Part shown: in pieces, positions 1 through 10,100 of the stretch
Layout of the letters: each line of letters opens with the position of its first letter
Position numbering within the stretch: position 1 is the stretch's first letter
From: a virus
Virus record (IMG/VR): IMGVR_UViG_3300017989_000003
Coordinates: 6,606 to 70,605 of that record
Length of the DNA stretch: 64,000 nucleotides
Strand: one strand, 5' to 3'
Program-made: the position numbers and the translations under genes
The notes under the pieces: generated by a model
Databases searched by the model: none
The model's input: only the letters and a program-made list of their open reading frames with translations
What the model was told of the DNA's origin: nothing

Positions 1-1981
1 AGACCTAGTTAACAAAGTGGGTTTACCTCTTACTTCTCTTCCAGATTATGCTGTTCAGTCAGCCATACAGTTTTTGCAGAGGGGTCAGATTGTTGCGTTT
101 CTAAGGGTTGAGAGCGGTCTGACACCAGCTGTAGAGTCATCTGTGACAATAAATGACTATCCTTCTGATTCTTCTCCCACTGTTGACTTCGAGGCTATCT
201 CTCCTGGAACATGGGGTGATGACCTAAAAGTTCAGATATTGCTTGAAGAAGATGATGAGTATAGTGAGGTTCTTGGTCAAGGAGATGGTATTACTACTAA
301 TTTCCAATCTATTCCTGTTGCTAATATTAGCTCATTGACTAATTTCCCGGTTCTTCCAGGCACAGTTCAGATAAATGCTATTGTTGGTAGTAACGTAGTG
401 GTATTTACTGACGACGGTCTTGGTAATTTAGCGGGTCCAGCTGTTGGTGATATAGGTACTGTTGATTATGAGACCGGTGACCTTGTGGTAGTTTTTGGTG
501 GTAGTGGTGCACCTGATAACCTCACTGACATTACGGCTACATATCGTTCAGTACAGTACAACGAGACGTTTACTGCTACAGGTGGTGCTACAGTCCAATG
601 GGACGAAACTCTTGCTGGAAATCCTGTCTTATCGTATGAAAATACCAACTTAATACAGCCTAACACTGTTTACGTGATGGGGAGTGATGGTGCTGGTGGT
701 ATGACTACGATAGGTGTCGACAATGGCGCTGGAGCGATAACTGGAACTAACATTGCTGCTGGAACCATTGATTACGTCACAGGAGCTATTTCAATAACAC
801 TATTTCCAGCAGCTGCGTCACAACTTGTTGTATGCTACAGAGACCCGTATTTTGATGTGGCAATTCAAGCACTAGCTGATAGGTACGGCGCTGTTGCTGA
901 AGTTGAAAAGTTTGAAGATGTCGTTATGGACTCTAATTCCGAAAGGTATATAGAGGACGTAATAAACGACGGTATTTCTGGAGAGATAGCTAAGTCAGCT
1001 TATGTGACAGCTACTGTTCCGTTAGTACCATCTGGGTATCAACCTATGTCTGGATTGTATGATTTAGCGGGTGGTGGCGATGGCACAGCTGGTATCGCTG
1101 ATGCGGATTACATTGGCACGTATGCTGGTGGTTCTGCAAGTGGACTTCAGGTTATGGCTAATCCTGAATCTGTAGTTATCGACTTATTGGCAGTTCCTGG
1201 AGTGTCGAGCGGCTCGGTTGTAAATGCAGGATTAGCTGTGTGTGCTGACAGAAAAGACGCTATGTTTATAGTAGACCCACCGTTTGGTTTAACTACTACT
1301 GACGTTGCGAATTGGCACAATGGTATTGGGTATTCCCATGCTGCGTTTAACAATGAATACGGTATATTGGATTGGGCGTGGATAAAACGTTATGATGCGT
1401 ATAACCGTATGGATGTATGGCTTCCACCTTCGGGTTTTGCCGCTGCACAGATGGCGTACACTGATGAAGTTTCTTACCCATGGAATGCTCCAGCTGGTAG
1501 AAACAGAGGTGTGTTACGTGACGCTCAGGAAGTGGAATACTCTCCTACAAGAGCAGAGCGTATTATTCTGTATGGGCATCCAAACGCGATTAATTCGATT
1601 GTGGATTTCCAGAACACTGGAATTGTCATTTGGGGACAAAAAACACTTTATAGACGTAATACTGCGCGAAACCGCGTGAATGTTATGCGTATGATGTGTT
1701 ACATCCAAAGAAGTGTGGTCTCATCGTGTGAATATTTGACTTTCGAACAGAATGACGCTTTTCTGTGGGCTAGATTTAAGGCGCTTGTTGACCCTATATT
1801 CTCTAGTATCAAATCGTCTGGTGGTTTAGAAGATTACACAATTATTTGTGATGAGTCTACTAATCCTCCTGCGGTTAGAGACCAGCTTGAAATGCACGCA
1901 AGGGTCATACTTGTGCCGTTAAAGACTGCTGAGAAGATAGTCATTGAGTTTGTTCTTGAAGGTGCCGGCGCATCAGTTTAA
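1..1981 (+). CDS. Contractile tail sheath protein (5'-truncated by the window edge)
   Basis: The frame is open from base 2, so the true start is upstream. The C-terminus has sheath motifs PPSGFAA, PWNAPAG, WGQKTL, RVNVMR, FEQND and ICDESTN...PLKTAEKIVIEF. Two inserted GT(V/I)DYxTG domains are present. Confidence 0.95.
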   Translation, partial: DLVNKVGLPLTSLPDYAVQSAIQFLQRGQIVAFLRVESGLTPAVESSVTINDYPSDSSPTVDFEAISPGTWGDDLKVQILLEEDDEYSEVLGQGDGITTNFQSIPVANISSLTNFPVLPGTVQINAIVGSNVVVFTDDGLGNLAGPAVGDIGTVDYETGDLVVVFGGSGAPDNLTDITATYRSVQYNETFTATGGATVQWDETLAGNPVLSYENTNLIQPNTVYVMGSDGAGGMTTIGVDNGAGAITGTNIAAGTIDYVTGAISITLFPAAASQLVVCYRDPYFDVAIQALADRYGAVAEVEKFEDVVMDSNSERYIEDVINDGISGEIAKSAYVTATVPLVPSGYQPMSGLYDLAGGGDGTAGIADADYIGTYAGGSASGLQVMANPESVVIDLLAVPGVSSGSVVNAGLAVCADRKDAMFIVDPPFGLTTTDVANWHNGIGYSHAAFNNEYGILDWAWIKRYDAYNRMDVWLPPSGFAAAQMAYTDEVSYPWNAPAGRNRGVLRDAQEVEYSPTRAERIILYGHPNAINSIVDFQNTGIVIWGQKTLYRRNTARNRVNVMRMMCYIQRSVVSSCEYLTFEQNDAFLWARFKALVDPIFSSIKSSGGLEDYTIICDESTNPPAVRDQLEMHARVILVPLKTAEKIVIEFVLEGAGASV

Positions 1982-1995
1982 GAAAGAGGTGATTT

Positions 1996-2640
1996 ATGAT
2001 GCCAGTTAGACTAGACGCAAGTCACTTAGGTACTTATGGCTCAAAGCAGACATTTGAACCTCAGCGTCAAAACAACTCGTTGTTGTTCTTAACTGGATTG
2101 CCAGCTCTTTTATCTGCTGGTGGTTTTGCAGCTAATCAGGACGCTGAAAGTATTATCGCTCTCAGTATTGATTCTTTCCCTGCTCCGAAGTATTCGAATA
2201 ACATAATAGAAGTACCGTACAATAACATGCGAGTTAAATTTGCGGGTTCTATGATGTTCGAAGATATGGACGTGCAGCTTAAGGATTTTGTAGATTCTGA
2301 TACTGCGAAACTGTTACATCAGTGGAGACTGTGCTGCTCTAATCCTGTTAATGGTGCGGTTGGATTTGCGCGCGAATATAAGTTAAATGGAGTCTTTGTG
2401 GCGTTATACCCACCTGATGGACGACCTGATTACTTTAGGTATTTCCAGCTTGATGGTGTATGGCTTTCGAGACTAGACCAGGGTGATATTGACCATGCAT
2501 CTGACGACTATTTACGTATAATTGCCACACTTACGTGTGATAGAATTATACCTCTATTAGCTCTTGATGCTGGCGTTTCCCCAGAGAATGTCGGTGCTGG
2601 TAGTGGTTTTTCCACTCTAACTCCGCCTAAGACTCCATAG
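1996..2640 (+). CDS. Tail tube protein, T4 gp19-like (paralog 1)
   Basis: Lies directly after the sheath gene. Contains FEPQR, EVPYNNMRVKFAG, LKDFVD and QGDIDHASDDYLRIIATLTCDR. RBS GAGGTGA. Confidence 0.85.
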   Translation: MMPVRLDASHLGTYGSKQTFEPQRQNNSLLFLTGLPALLSAGGFAANQDAESIIALSIDSFPAPKYSNNIIEVPYNNMRVKFAGSMMFEDMDVQLKDFVDSDTAKLLHQWRLCCSNPVNGAVGFAREYKLNGVFVALYPPDGRPDYFRYFQLDGVWLSRLDQGDIDHASDDYLRIIATLTCDRIIPLLALDAGVSPENVGAGSGFSTLTPPKTP

Positions 2641-2662
2641 ATGTATTAATAATGGGGGTTGG

Positions 2663-3430
2663 TTGACGCCAATCCCCTTATTCTTACTGTTAGGAATGTT
2701 TATGGGAAAGAAAGAAGTCGGTAAAGTTGGCGCTAAAACAAATTTTCCTCTAGTTGAAAGTCTGTTTTCGGCTAATTTTATTGGCGGCTCAGCGGTTAAC
2801 AAACAAGATTATTACGGGTTTGAGCCACAGAGGCGTAATAATGGATTTTTGTTTGTTCCACTTCAAGAACTTAAGGGTATATCGGGATTTCCAGCATATT
2901 TACCAGGTACTCTTGCGATGGCTCTTAAGAGTGTAGAATTACCGAAAGATGAAAATGAGATTATTGAGCTTGGGTATTTTAACCAAAAAAGGTTTTATGC
3001 TGGGCAACATAGGACACAAGAAATATCTATGGTATTTGTTGACTATGTTGATGTTCCCGTGGCTCACGCTTTAGAGTTTTGGAGAGCGACAGTCTATAAT
3101 GCTGTTAATGGTGCTGTAGGTTGGGCTTCTAGTAGCCCTAAGGCGATTATTCCATCTCTTGCTGGATACAAGCAAGATGTTTTTTTGATGACATTATCAC
3201 CGAATGCTGATTGGGTTTATTCTAAGATTTATATGCTCAAAGGTGCTTTTCCGTCGTCTATAGATAGAGGCGATATTGACTTTGCTGACGAAGATATATT
3301 AGAGATGACTTTAACTATCCACTACGACGAAGTTTTTTTGATATCACATGGATGGATACCTGAAATAGCACTTTATTACAATCCAATGACAGCTGGTGAT
3401 ATAGATATTAAACTTGAAATACCAACATAG
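2663..3430 (+). CDS. Tail tube-like protein (paralog 2); real start probably ATG 2696 or 2702
   Basis: FEPQR, ELGYFNQKRFYAG, FVDYVD and RGDIDFADEDILEMTLTIHYD align by eye with paralog 1. Confidence 0.8.
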   Translation: MTPIPLFLLLGMFMGKKEVGKVGAKTNFPLVESLFSANFIGGSAVNKQDYYGFEPQRRNNGFLFVPLQELKGISGFPAYLPGTLAMALKSVELPKDENEIIELGYFNQKRFYAGQHRTQEISMVFVDYVDVPVAHALEFWRATVYNAVNGAVGWASSSPKAIIPSLAGYKQDVFLMTLSPNADWVYSKIYMLKGAFPSSIDRGDIDFADEDILEMTLTIHYDEVFLISHGWIPEIALYYNPMTAGDIDIKLEIPT

Positions 3431-3437
3431 GCGTATA

Positions 3438-4154
3438 ATGACCTTACCTGTTCCAAGTAGAACACCAACGATGTCAGCTAAATTCTTAGGAAGTGCTCTA
3501 AGATATCGAGATGGTGCGCCTTATGGTGGAACTTTTCAACCTCAGATGTCTTATTTGGGGTTTGTATTATTTAGGTTTGATACATCACTTATATCAGGTT
3601 TTCAGGAGGCTGACAACAAGATAATATTGATGTCACTCGAATCTAGTAGCTTGCCTGAAATTGTAATTAATACGACTACTTTATCCTATAATAATGAGCG
3701 GCGTAAATACCCTACGTCGGCTGAGTTTCCTGATTTTGAACTTACACTTAGAGATTTTGTGGACATACCAACGGCTAGGATAATTGATAAGTGGTTGTAT
3801 CTTATTTACAACGAATATAATGGGGCTATTAATCCAAAGATAGCGTACCGTGTCAATACCTTTGTTTGTCTTATAGACCCTACAGGTAATCTCTCACGGT
3901 ATTATCGTATGATTTGTTTTCCAATAAGTGTAAATTTTGGAAATATTGATGGTAATTCTTCTGATTATGTTAAAATTAATGTAACGCTAGCTATAGATAA
4001 GCTATATCGGGTTCCAGAGGATGAGCTTAAAGACTGGGGTTTATCTGGTGCTGGAACATATCCCAATAGTAGGGATTTTAATTCTCGAAATATTACCCAG
4101 CCTATAGACCTTGGTAAAAAGTTAAAGGTTGGTTTCAACAAACAGGCGTACTAG
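3438..4154 (+). CDS. Tail tube-like protein (paralog 3)
   Basis: FQPQM, TLSYNNERRKYP, LRDFVD and FGNIDGNSSDYVKINVTLAIDK; same motif order as the other paralogs. Confidence 0.78.
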   Translation: MTLPVPSRTPTMSAKFLGSALRYRDGAPYGGTFQPQMSYLGFVLFRFDTSLISGFQEADNKIILMSLESSSLPEIVINTTTLSYNNERRKYPTSAEFPDFELTLRDFVDIPTARIIDKWLYLIYNEYNGAINPKIAYRVNTFVCLIDPTGNLSRYYRMICFPISVNFGNIDGNSSDYVKINVTLAIDKLYRVPEDELKDWGLSGAGTYPNSRDFNSRNITQPIDLGKKLKVGFNKQAY

Positions 4155-4160
4155 GAGGAT

Positions 4161-4790
4161 TTGATGACTACTCCAAGCAGCATAGAATTTCACGCAGACT
4201 CCTTTATTAAGGAAAGAGAGTTTGAGCCACAGCGTCAGAATAGTGGGTTTTTATATGTTCCATTAATAGATGGGATTGTGATAAATGACCCTAAAGTGTT
4301 GGCGCTAGCCATAGATACGTTGCGTCTTCCGTCTTATGGCACAGAGGATATCCAAGTAGGTTATTTTAATGAATTTGTTAGCTTTGCTGGGAAGTCTGTG
4401 TTTGACGATATTGACATGACTATAAAGGACTTCGTTGATGGTGACGGTATGCTTGCCATAGACAAATGGTTCAACCAAGTGTATAGTCCAGGTAATGGTG
4501 AGATGGAGATGGCGTATACTATTAAGAAAGATGCATATGCTGTTATATACGACACAGCAGGTGAGAATATGCGGTATTATCTTCTCAAAGGATGTTTTCC
4601 GTCGCATATAGCTCGCGGTGATTTAGACCAGAATACGTCTGACTATGTTAGAATTACAGTAACTTTCTCTGTGGATAGGGTTGTGCCGTGGTTTATGGAA
4701 GGTAAACTTGGTAGTGGAGCAGCTAAATACCTTCCTGGTGGAACATCACCATTAAATTTAACTGACGCAGTTAGTAAATTAACTAAATAG
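4161..4790 (+). CDS. Tail tube-like protein (paralog 4)
   Basis: FEPQRQNS, QVGYFNEFVSFAG, IKDFVD and RGDLDQNTSDYVRITVTFSVDR. RBS GGAGG. Confidence 0.82.
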   Translation: MMTTPSSIEFHADSFIKEREFEPQRQNSGFLYVPLIDGIVINDPKVLALAIDTLRLPSYGTEDIQVGYFNEFVSFAGKSVFDDIDMTIKDFVDGDGMLAIDKWFNQVYSPGNGEMEMAYTIKKDAYAVIYDTAGENMRYYLLKGCFPSHIARGDLDQNTSDYVRITVTFSVDRVVPWFMEGKLGSGAAKYLPGGTSPLNLTDAVSKLTK

Positions 4791-4797
4791 GTGTAGT

Positions 4798-5421
4798 ATG
4801 ACGATACCATTAAGTGCTGATTTTCTCGGCAAGTATTCAACAACTGGTAAAGTAACACGAGAACCACAGCGTACTAGTGTTGGCACAATATACGTTAATT
4901 TTAACGTATCTGTCATGAACTTTAGCGAGATTATACGTTCGAGTTTATCTAATCCAGAGATTATGTTGGCTATGTCTATAGATTCATGTAATCTCCCAGG
5001 CTACGGCGTTGAAGTCATAACAATGGGGTGGTTTCTTGAGACTGTTAAGTTTCCAGGAAAGGCTATTGTTGATGATACTAACTGGGTACTTCGAGACTTT
5101 GTTACAAGTGACGTGGCTGATATTTTAGATGCGTGGTGGGCTATGACGTTTAACCCATTAAGTGGCGCTGCGCATAAAGCGGCTAAGTACAAACAATACG
5201 CATATGTTATGTTGTTTGGAACGGATGGCGAGATTGATAGTAATCGATGGTATAGGCTAGAAGGTTGCTATCCGTCTAGAATTGAGCGAGGGGATATTGA
5301 CCATACTGGTGGAGACTACGTTAGGATAACCGTGTCGTTAAAAGCCGACAGGGTTGTTCCTTTAGTATTTGAACGTACTGGTGCTGACGTTGAGAGGGGT
5401 TTACCAACCCCAACTAAGTAA
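4798..5421 (+). CDS. Tail tube-like protein (paralog 5)
   Basis: REPQR, TMGWFLETVKFPG, LRDFVT and RGDIDHTGGDYVRITVSLKADR. Confidence 0.8.
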   Translation: MTIPLSADFLGKYSTTGKVTREPQRTSVGTIYVNFNVSVMNFSEIIRSSLSNPEIMLAMSIDSCNLPGYGVEVITMGWFLETVKFPGKAIVDDTNWVLRDFVTSDVADILDAWWAMTFNPLSGAAHKAAKYKQYAYVMLFGTDGEIDSNRWYRLEGCYPSRIERGDIDHTGGDYVRITVSLKADRVVPLVFERTGADVERGLPTPTK

Positions 5422-5570
5422 TAATAAAATAGTCCTGGACGCATTTGCTGACGGGATAGAGGGCTTTAGGTTCAGCCCAGTTAGAGTAAATCTTTAACAA
5501 ACATACATTTTTGCATGAGAATCATCCTATAACGGCTCATAAGAGTCAAATAAGTTGAAAGGAGTGTGTT

Positions 5571-6827
5571 ATGACTAAAGGTAGTAGACCTAAGAAAAGA
5601 CGTCCTTTATCGAAAGGAAATCCCGAGCAAAGTGTTCCTAAATCATTTCCTACTGTAATAGGTTCTGAGAAGGCTAAAAATATACCTCCAGAGCTTATGG
5701 AGCATCTAACAAACATGGGTGCTTCCAGAGAAAGTTTTGTCCCACCGTCTGCGTCACCAATCCCACCTATTAGGGGTAAAAGACCAAAAGTTAAAGTGTC
5801 TTCGAAAGTTACTGATGTAACAGGTGATGTTCCTGGTAATGTTAGTAACATTACTGACGAAATTCCCGCAAATGATTACGTTGAACAGGATGAGTACGAC
5901 GAGAGCGCAGAAGATGATAATTACGATTATCAATCGCAACCACCTATTCAACAACCACCTATTCAACAACCACCTATTCAACAACCACCTATTCAACAAC
6001 CACCTATTCAACAACCACCTATTCAACAACCACCTATTCAACAACCTGTATCTTACGTGCAGCAGAAACCAGCACATATACGAAGATTTGTTGGGCAGTT
6101 ACCGTCAAAAGGTATTCCATATCGCAGCGTAGGTGCTTATGTTGATGGTAGAATAGATATATGCCCTATGACCACGAAGGAGGAGTCGTTATTGTATTCT
6201 CCTGGTGACTCGTTGGCGCATATCAATAAAATATTGGACAGTTGCATTGTTGATGACGATAAGGCTAAGCTTAGTCCTATTGACTTAACAATAAATGACA
6301 GATTTGCTGTACTTCTTTATATCCGAACATTTTCTTATGGCTCTGAATACGAAATACCGTTTACGTGTGCTTCATGTAATTACTACAACCCAAAAACAAT
6401 TATAGATATATCGTCTGATTTATCTATGAATTTTATGGACGAGGATGCTGAAGAGCCGTTTGAAGTTGATTTACCACGTTCTGGTGATTACATTCATTTT
6501 AGGCTATTGCGTGGTAGAGACGAAGAGACTATCGCCAAATACGCCAAAAGACTCAAGATGCAGTCTACTGACGAAGGTGACCCTTCAAATATTTACCGTT
6601 TGGCGTTATCCATTGTAGGTATTAATGGTATGGAAGTATCTGACTTCGACGCAAAAGTTGAGTACGTTAAGAACATGATTGCTGGTGATGCTAATACGTT
6701 GCGTCTAGCAATTCAAAATGCGGATGGTAGAATTGATACTACGTTGTTTATTGATTGTCCTGCGTGTGGTTTTGCGAACAGATTCGAGATGCCATTTACT
6801 GCTGAATTTTTTCGCCCATCTAGGTAG
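5571..6827 (+). CDS. T4 gp26-like baseplate hub / tail assembly chaperone with a long disordered N-terminus
   Basis: Lies between the tubes and the tape measure. Contains MTTKEES, DRFAVLLYIRTFSYGSEY, two CxxC pairs (CASC, CPAC) and the C-terminus EFFRPS. RBS AAGGAG. Confidence 0.75.
   Translation: MTKGSRPKKRRPLSKGNPEQSVPKSFPTVIGSEKAKNIPPELMEHLTNMGASRESFVPPSASPIPPIRGKRPKVKVSSKVTDVTGDVPGNVSNITDEIPANDYVEQDEYDESAEDDNYDYQSQPPIQQPPIQQPPIQQPPIQQPPIQQPPIQQPPIQQPVSYVQQKPAHIRRFVGQLPSKGIPYRSVGAYVDGRIDICPMTTKEESLLYSPGDSLAHINKILDSCIVDDDKAKLSPIDLTINDRFAVLLYIRTFSYGSEYEIPFTCASCNYYNPKTIIDISSDLSMNFMDEDAEEPFEVDLPRSGDYIHFRLLRGRDEETIAKYAKRLKMQSTDEGDPSNIYRLALSIVGINGMEVSDFDAKVEYVKNMIAGDANTLRLAIQNADGRIDTTLFIDCPACGFANRFEMPFTAEFFRPSR
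5937..6046 (+). repeat. Perfect 15-bp tandem repeat (CAACCACCTATTCAA x7 plus a partial copy) encoding (QQPPI)n
   Basis: The CACCTATT core recurs at 5941, 5956, 5971, 5986, 6001, 6016 and 6031. Confidence 0.97.
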
Positions 6828-7035
6828 TAATGTCGGAGATTTATTCGACCAAGTGTTCTTTTTGGTGTATTATGGAAAGAATTACGACTATACTGCCGTT
6901 ATGGATATGCCAACTGATGAGCGCATATGGAACATACAAAGATTACATCACCAACTAATGGAAGAGAAAAAAGCTCATGAGGAAGCGATGCGCGAGGCGA
7001 AAAGAAATAGTGCAAATAGACCTAGAAGAAGGTAG
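6805..7035 (+). CDS. T4 gp51-like small tail-assembly protein, or a frameshifted C-terminal extension of the gp26-like gene
   Basis: DQVFFLVYYGK...AVMDMPTDERIWNIQRLHHQL resembles gp51/GT-type segments. There is no well-placed ATG. The frame is +1 relative to the upstream gene and is open across the T6 run at 6807-6812. Confidence 0.65.
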   Translation, partial: NFFAHLGSNVGDLFDQVFFLVYYGKNYDYTAVMDMPTDERIWNIQRLHHQLMEEKKAHEEAMREAKRNSANRPRRR

Positions 7036-7054
7036 AATAGATGTATTGATAAAA

Positions 7055-7106
7055 CGTCAAGGGGTTTTTTGCAACCAGTAACGAATTACCCCTTGACGAC
7101 AACTGT
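7055..7106. repeat. Dispersed palindromic element, copy 1
   Basis: CGTCAAGGGG...TTGCAACCAGTAACG...CCCCTTGACGACAACTGT; 10-bp perfect inverted repeat. Confidence 0.9.
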
Positions 7107-7121
7107 AGTTGAGGACGTGTA

Positions 7122-10100
7122 ATGGCTGACATAATATCGCTATCATTAAAGCTAGACGCAGTAGACGCACTAAAATCAATACAGTCTTTTACAAAGACGA
7201 TAGAAGATGCAGCTAAATCATGGGATAAGGCTATTGACAAAGCTAGTAAAAATATCGACGAAAAGTTATCAGAAATGACGGACTCTATAAGCAGTTTATC
7301 GAAGGAGATTGACGTAAGTGTCGCAGTAGGGGAAATTAAGGTCGATGATAGTTTTGATAAAGCTCTTGAGTCATTCTATAAAAATGTAAAAAACCAAATA
7401 CAACAAAAAGTTAAAACGGTATCTGCTGATATAACTACACCGTTAAAAGTTAGGGTGTCTTCATTATCAGGTAATATCGAGGATGTTATCGTGAGTGAAG
7501 TAGCTGATGCTGTCGCATTAGGAGTACGGAAAGCTCCGATTGGTGGTATTGGGATAGGTAATGCTGCACAGGAGTTAACTACTCTGTTGTTGGTTACGTT
7601 ACCTAGCGTCATAAACAAAGCGGTTTCTAATATAGGAAGCGAGATAGCTAATAGTATTAAGCCTATCACTGATGCTGTGTCAAATTTGCCTAAAGACCTA
7701 AGTGTAACATTAGATTTATCTTCATCGATGGCGTCGATAAGGGACGAAATACAGCGTGAGCCCATAGACACTTATTTACGGGTGGTATCTGTTACAACAA
7801 CTAGTGATTTTACGCCTAGTGGAACTAAAGGCGCTGGCACTGGTGAGGGGGCTAGAATTAAAATCCCAGCGGCACTTAAAGTAGTAACTATAGTGGGTTC
7901 ACCTATAACTGTTGATGCTAAACTTAACATAAAGGGTTATAATCCTAAGACTCTGAATATTGACGTAAAAGCTGCGGTGGATTTAAAATTATCTAATGTA
8001 AATGATTTAGATGCGTTTGTTAAGAGTATTCAGGATAGCTTAACTGTTCAGTTGGTTGTGGATGGGTTTATCCCTGCCTCTGGTAAAACGTGGGAAGATT
8101 TTGCTGGCGAGATATCCAAAAAGTTACCAATATACCCATTAATTAAAGGTTTCGTAGAGGAATGGACGGAGTCAGATTTACCTAAAGTTCCAGAATTACA
8201 TGCCTGTATAAAAACTATTGATTTACGTCCTGACTTTAAGGCTCCAAAGGTAGATGAATACCTGAATGAGCTAAAGGCTAGTATTAAAAAGTTTGATGTG
8301 ACTAAGACAGTGATTAAAAAACTTACGTCTGATATATCTGATAGTCCAGATTTTGCTCCAACTATTAAGGATATAAAATTTGACTTAAGTGACGACGTAT
8401 TGTCTAACTTGGAATATGACCTAGAATTTATTATGTCTAATGTGGCTGTGTCACTTGAGCAGGATTTACTGGACGTACTAGGTAAGTTTCAGCTTAAGCT
8501 TATCGACCATGTAGTTGAAGGTATAGATTTAATGTCTAAGGAGATTGATGCTGTATTACAGAAAGAGCGTCATATTCCTACGGTGAAAGCTCAGGCTGGT
8601 GGTGGAGCTTTCACTCCTATAGATATCACTGATACTATAAAGGACGCAGTTACTAACGCCATTAACTCTGTGAGAACTACTAGTAAGGACATAAGTAAAG
8701 CTTCGCTAAAAATAGCGAAGGACGTTACAGACGAAGCTGTCAAAAATATTAGTGGTATTGATGTCGATAGACTTGTTGATGTACCGCATGAGAAGTTATA
8801 CAATGCCATGCGTGTTTCTGAGGATGCGATAGTAAAGAGTGGAAAAGCTCATACTGAGTCTATATCTAGAGGATTAGGTAAGGTTGGAGATTTTCTAAAA
8901 GATGTGTTTATATCACCTAAGGTGAAGGATATTATCCGAAAAGGATTATCCACCGAGACACGTATTAAGGATTTGTCTGAAGTTTCAGATACGATAGACA
9001 ATATTGTAAAAGGGCTTTCTGATGAATTTGGGGATACTAAAGAGGCGTTAAGTAGTATTTCAAATAGTATTAAAAAGGCTAACGAGGCGGCTAAAGATGC
9101 TTCTAGCCTCTTTACTAAACCAGAGGATGTTGTAAGCGGTTTTGCTGATGCCTTTAATTTGATGAAGGAGTCTGGTGATTTAATGTCGAAGGAGATAGTT
9201 AAATTACCAATGACTGATTTTAGTAAGGCGTATGACTCGCTTTTATTGTTGCAGAAAAACATCGATGAGTTTTCCGGCATCCAGGAAAAATTCTCAGGTA
9301 TTCCTGAATTTCAATCTCGGATGGAAAAAGCTCAGATTATGATGGGTATGGTTGGAACTAACCTTGCAAATACGATTGAGGCGTTTGTACAAAATATAGA
9401 GAGTATCCAGGAAGGTTTGCCATTAGACGCAGATTTGTCAGAAGTAATAGCTTTGGAGTTGGAATCAATAGGCGACAAACTTAGAGACGTGTCCATAGTT
9501 ATTCCAACTGGCGTCGATGCTCCAGCTGTTCGTGATTTTATGGAGAGTCTTGACTACCTGTCGGTGGTGTTACAAAATGCAGGTGATGGCGTAGAGACTG
9601 TTGGGTTACAAGGACTGTCTAAAATAAGCTCGTCTATTAATACAGTGTTAAAGCAACTTGAATACAGTTCTGGGTCAGTTAACGACTATATAGATGCAAT
9701 GAATAGGGCATCTGTATCAGTTGGTGCTGTGCCCCCACAACATCAGGATGTTTTGACAAATACTATAATGTCGATGAAAAATGCGGTAGGCAGTCTTAAA
9801 GCTCTAGGTACTACGTCTGGTATAGTGTCTGGTACTTTTAAGAGTGTAGCTAACATAGTTAAGAGGTCTGGAAAGAAAATTGACTCAGCTTTTGGTAAAT
9901 TATTAAAGTCTGGTCTTGGGCTTCTTGGTGGTTTTAGTTTAATACGTACGATGGTTCAAGGAATTGACCGAGAGTATAGAGCGGCGCAATTAGGTGCTGC
10001 TGGCGGTATGTACCAGCCAGGTAAAGAAGCATGGTGGCAGCAATTTAGAGGCGCTGCTATAAAGGGTCTTACCGAAGAAGAAATATCTGAAATGTTCGGT

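Noticed and set aside
5937-6046. Possible CRISPR array
   Set aside because: The units are directly adjacent with no spacers and lie in frame in a CDS. No cas genes are present.
5754-6132. (LLNRW)n and (NNHLF)n ORFs
   Set aside because: Alternative-frame readings of the 15-bp QQPPI repeat.
7093-7123. Promoters from the TTGACG of palindrome copies 1 and 2
   Set aside because: There is no properly spaced -10 box that leaves room for the RBS; the candidate -10 boxes overlap the start codons.
7022-7240. Minus-strand ORFs at 7022-7240 and 20021-20278 that run across palindrome copies 1 and 2
   Set aside because: They are antisense to real genes, have no RBS, and simply read through the palindrome DNA; they are not proteins.
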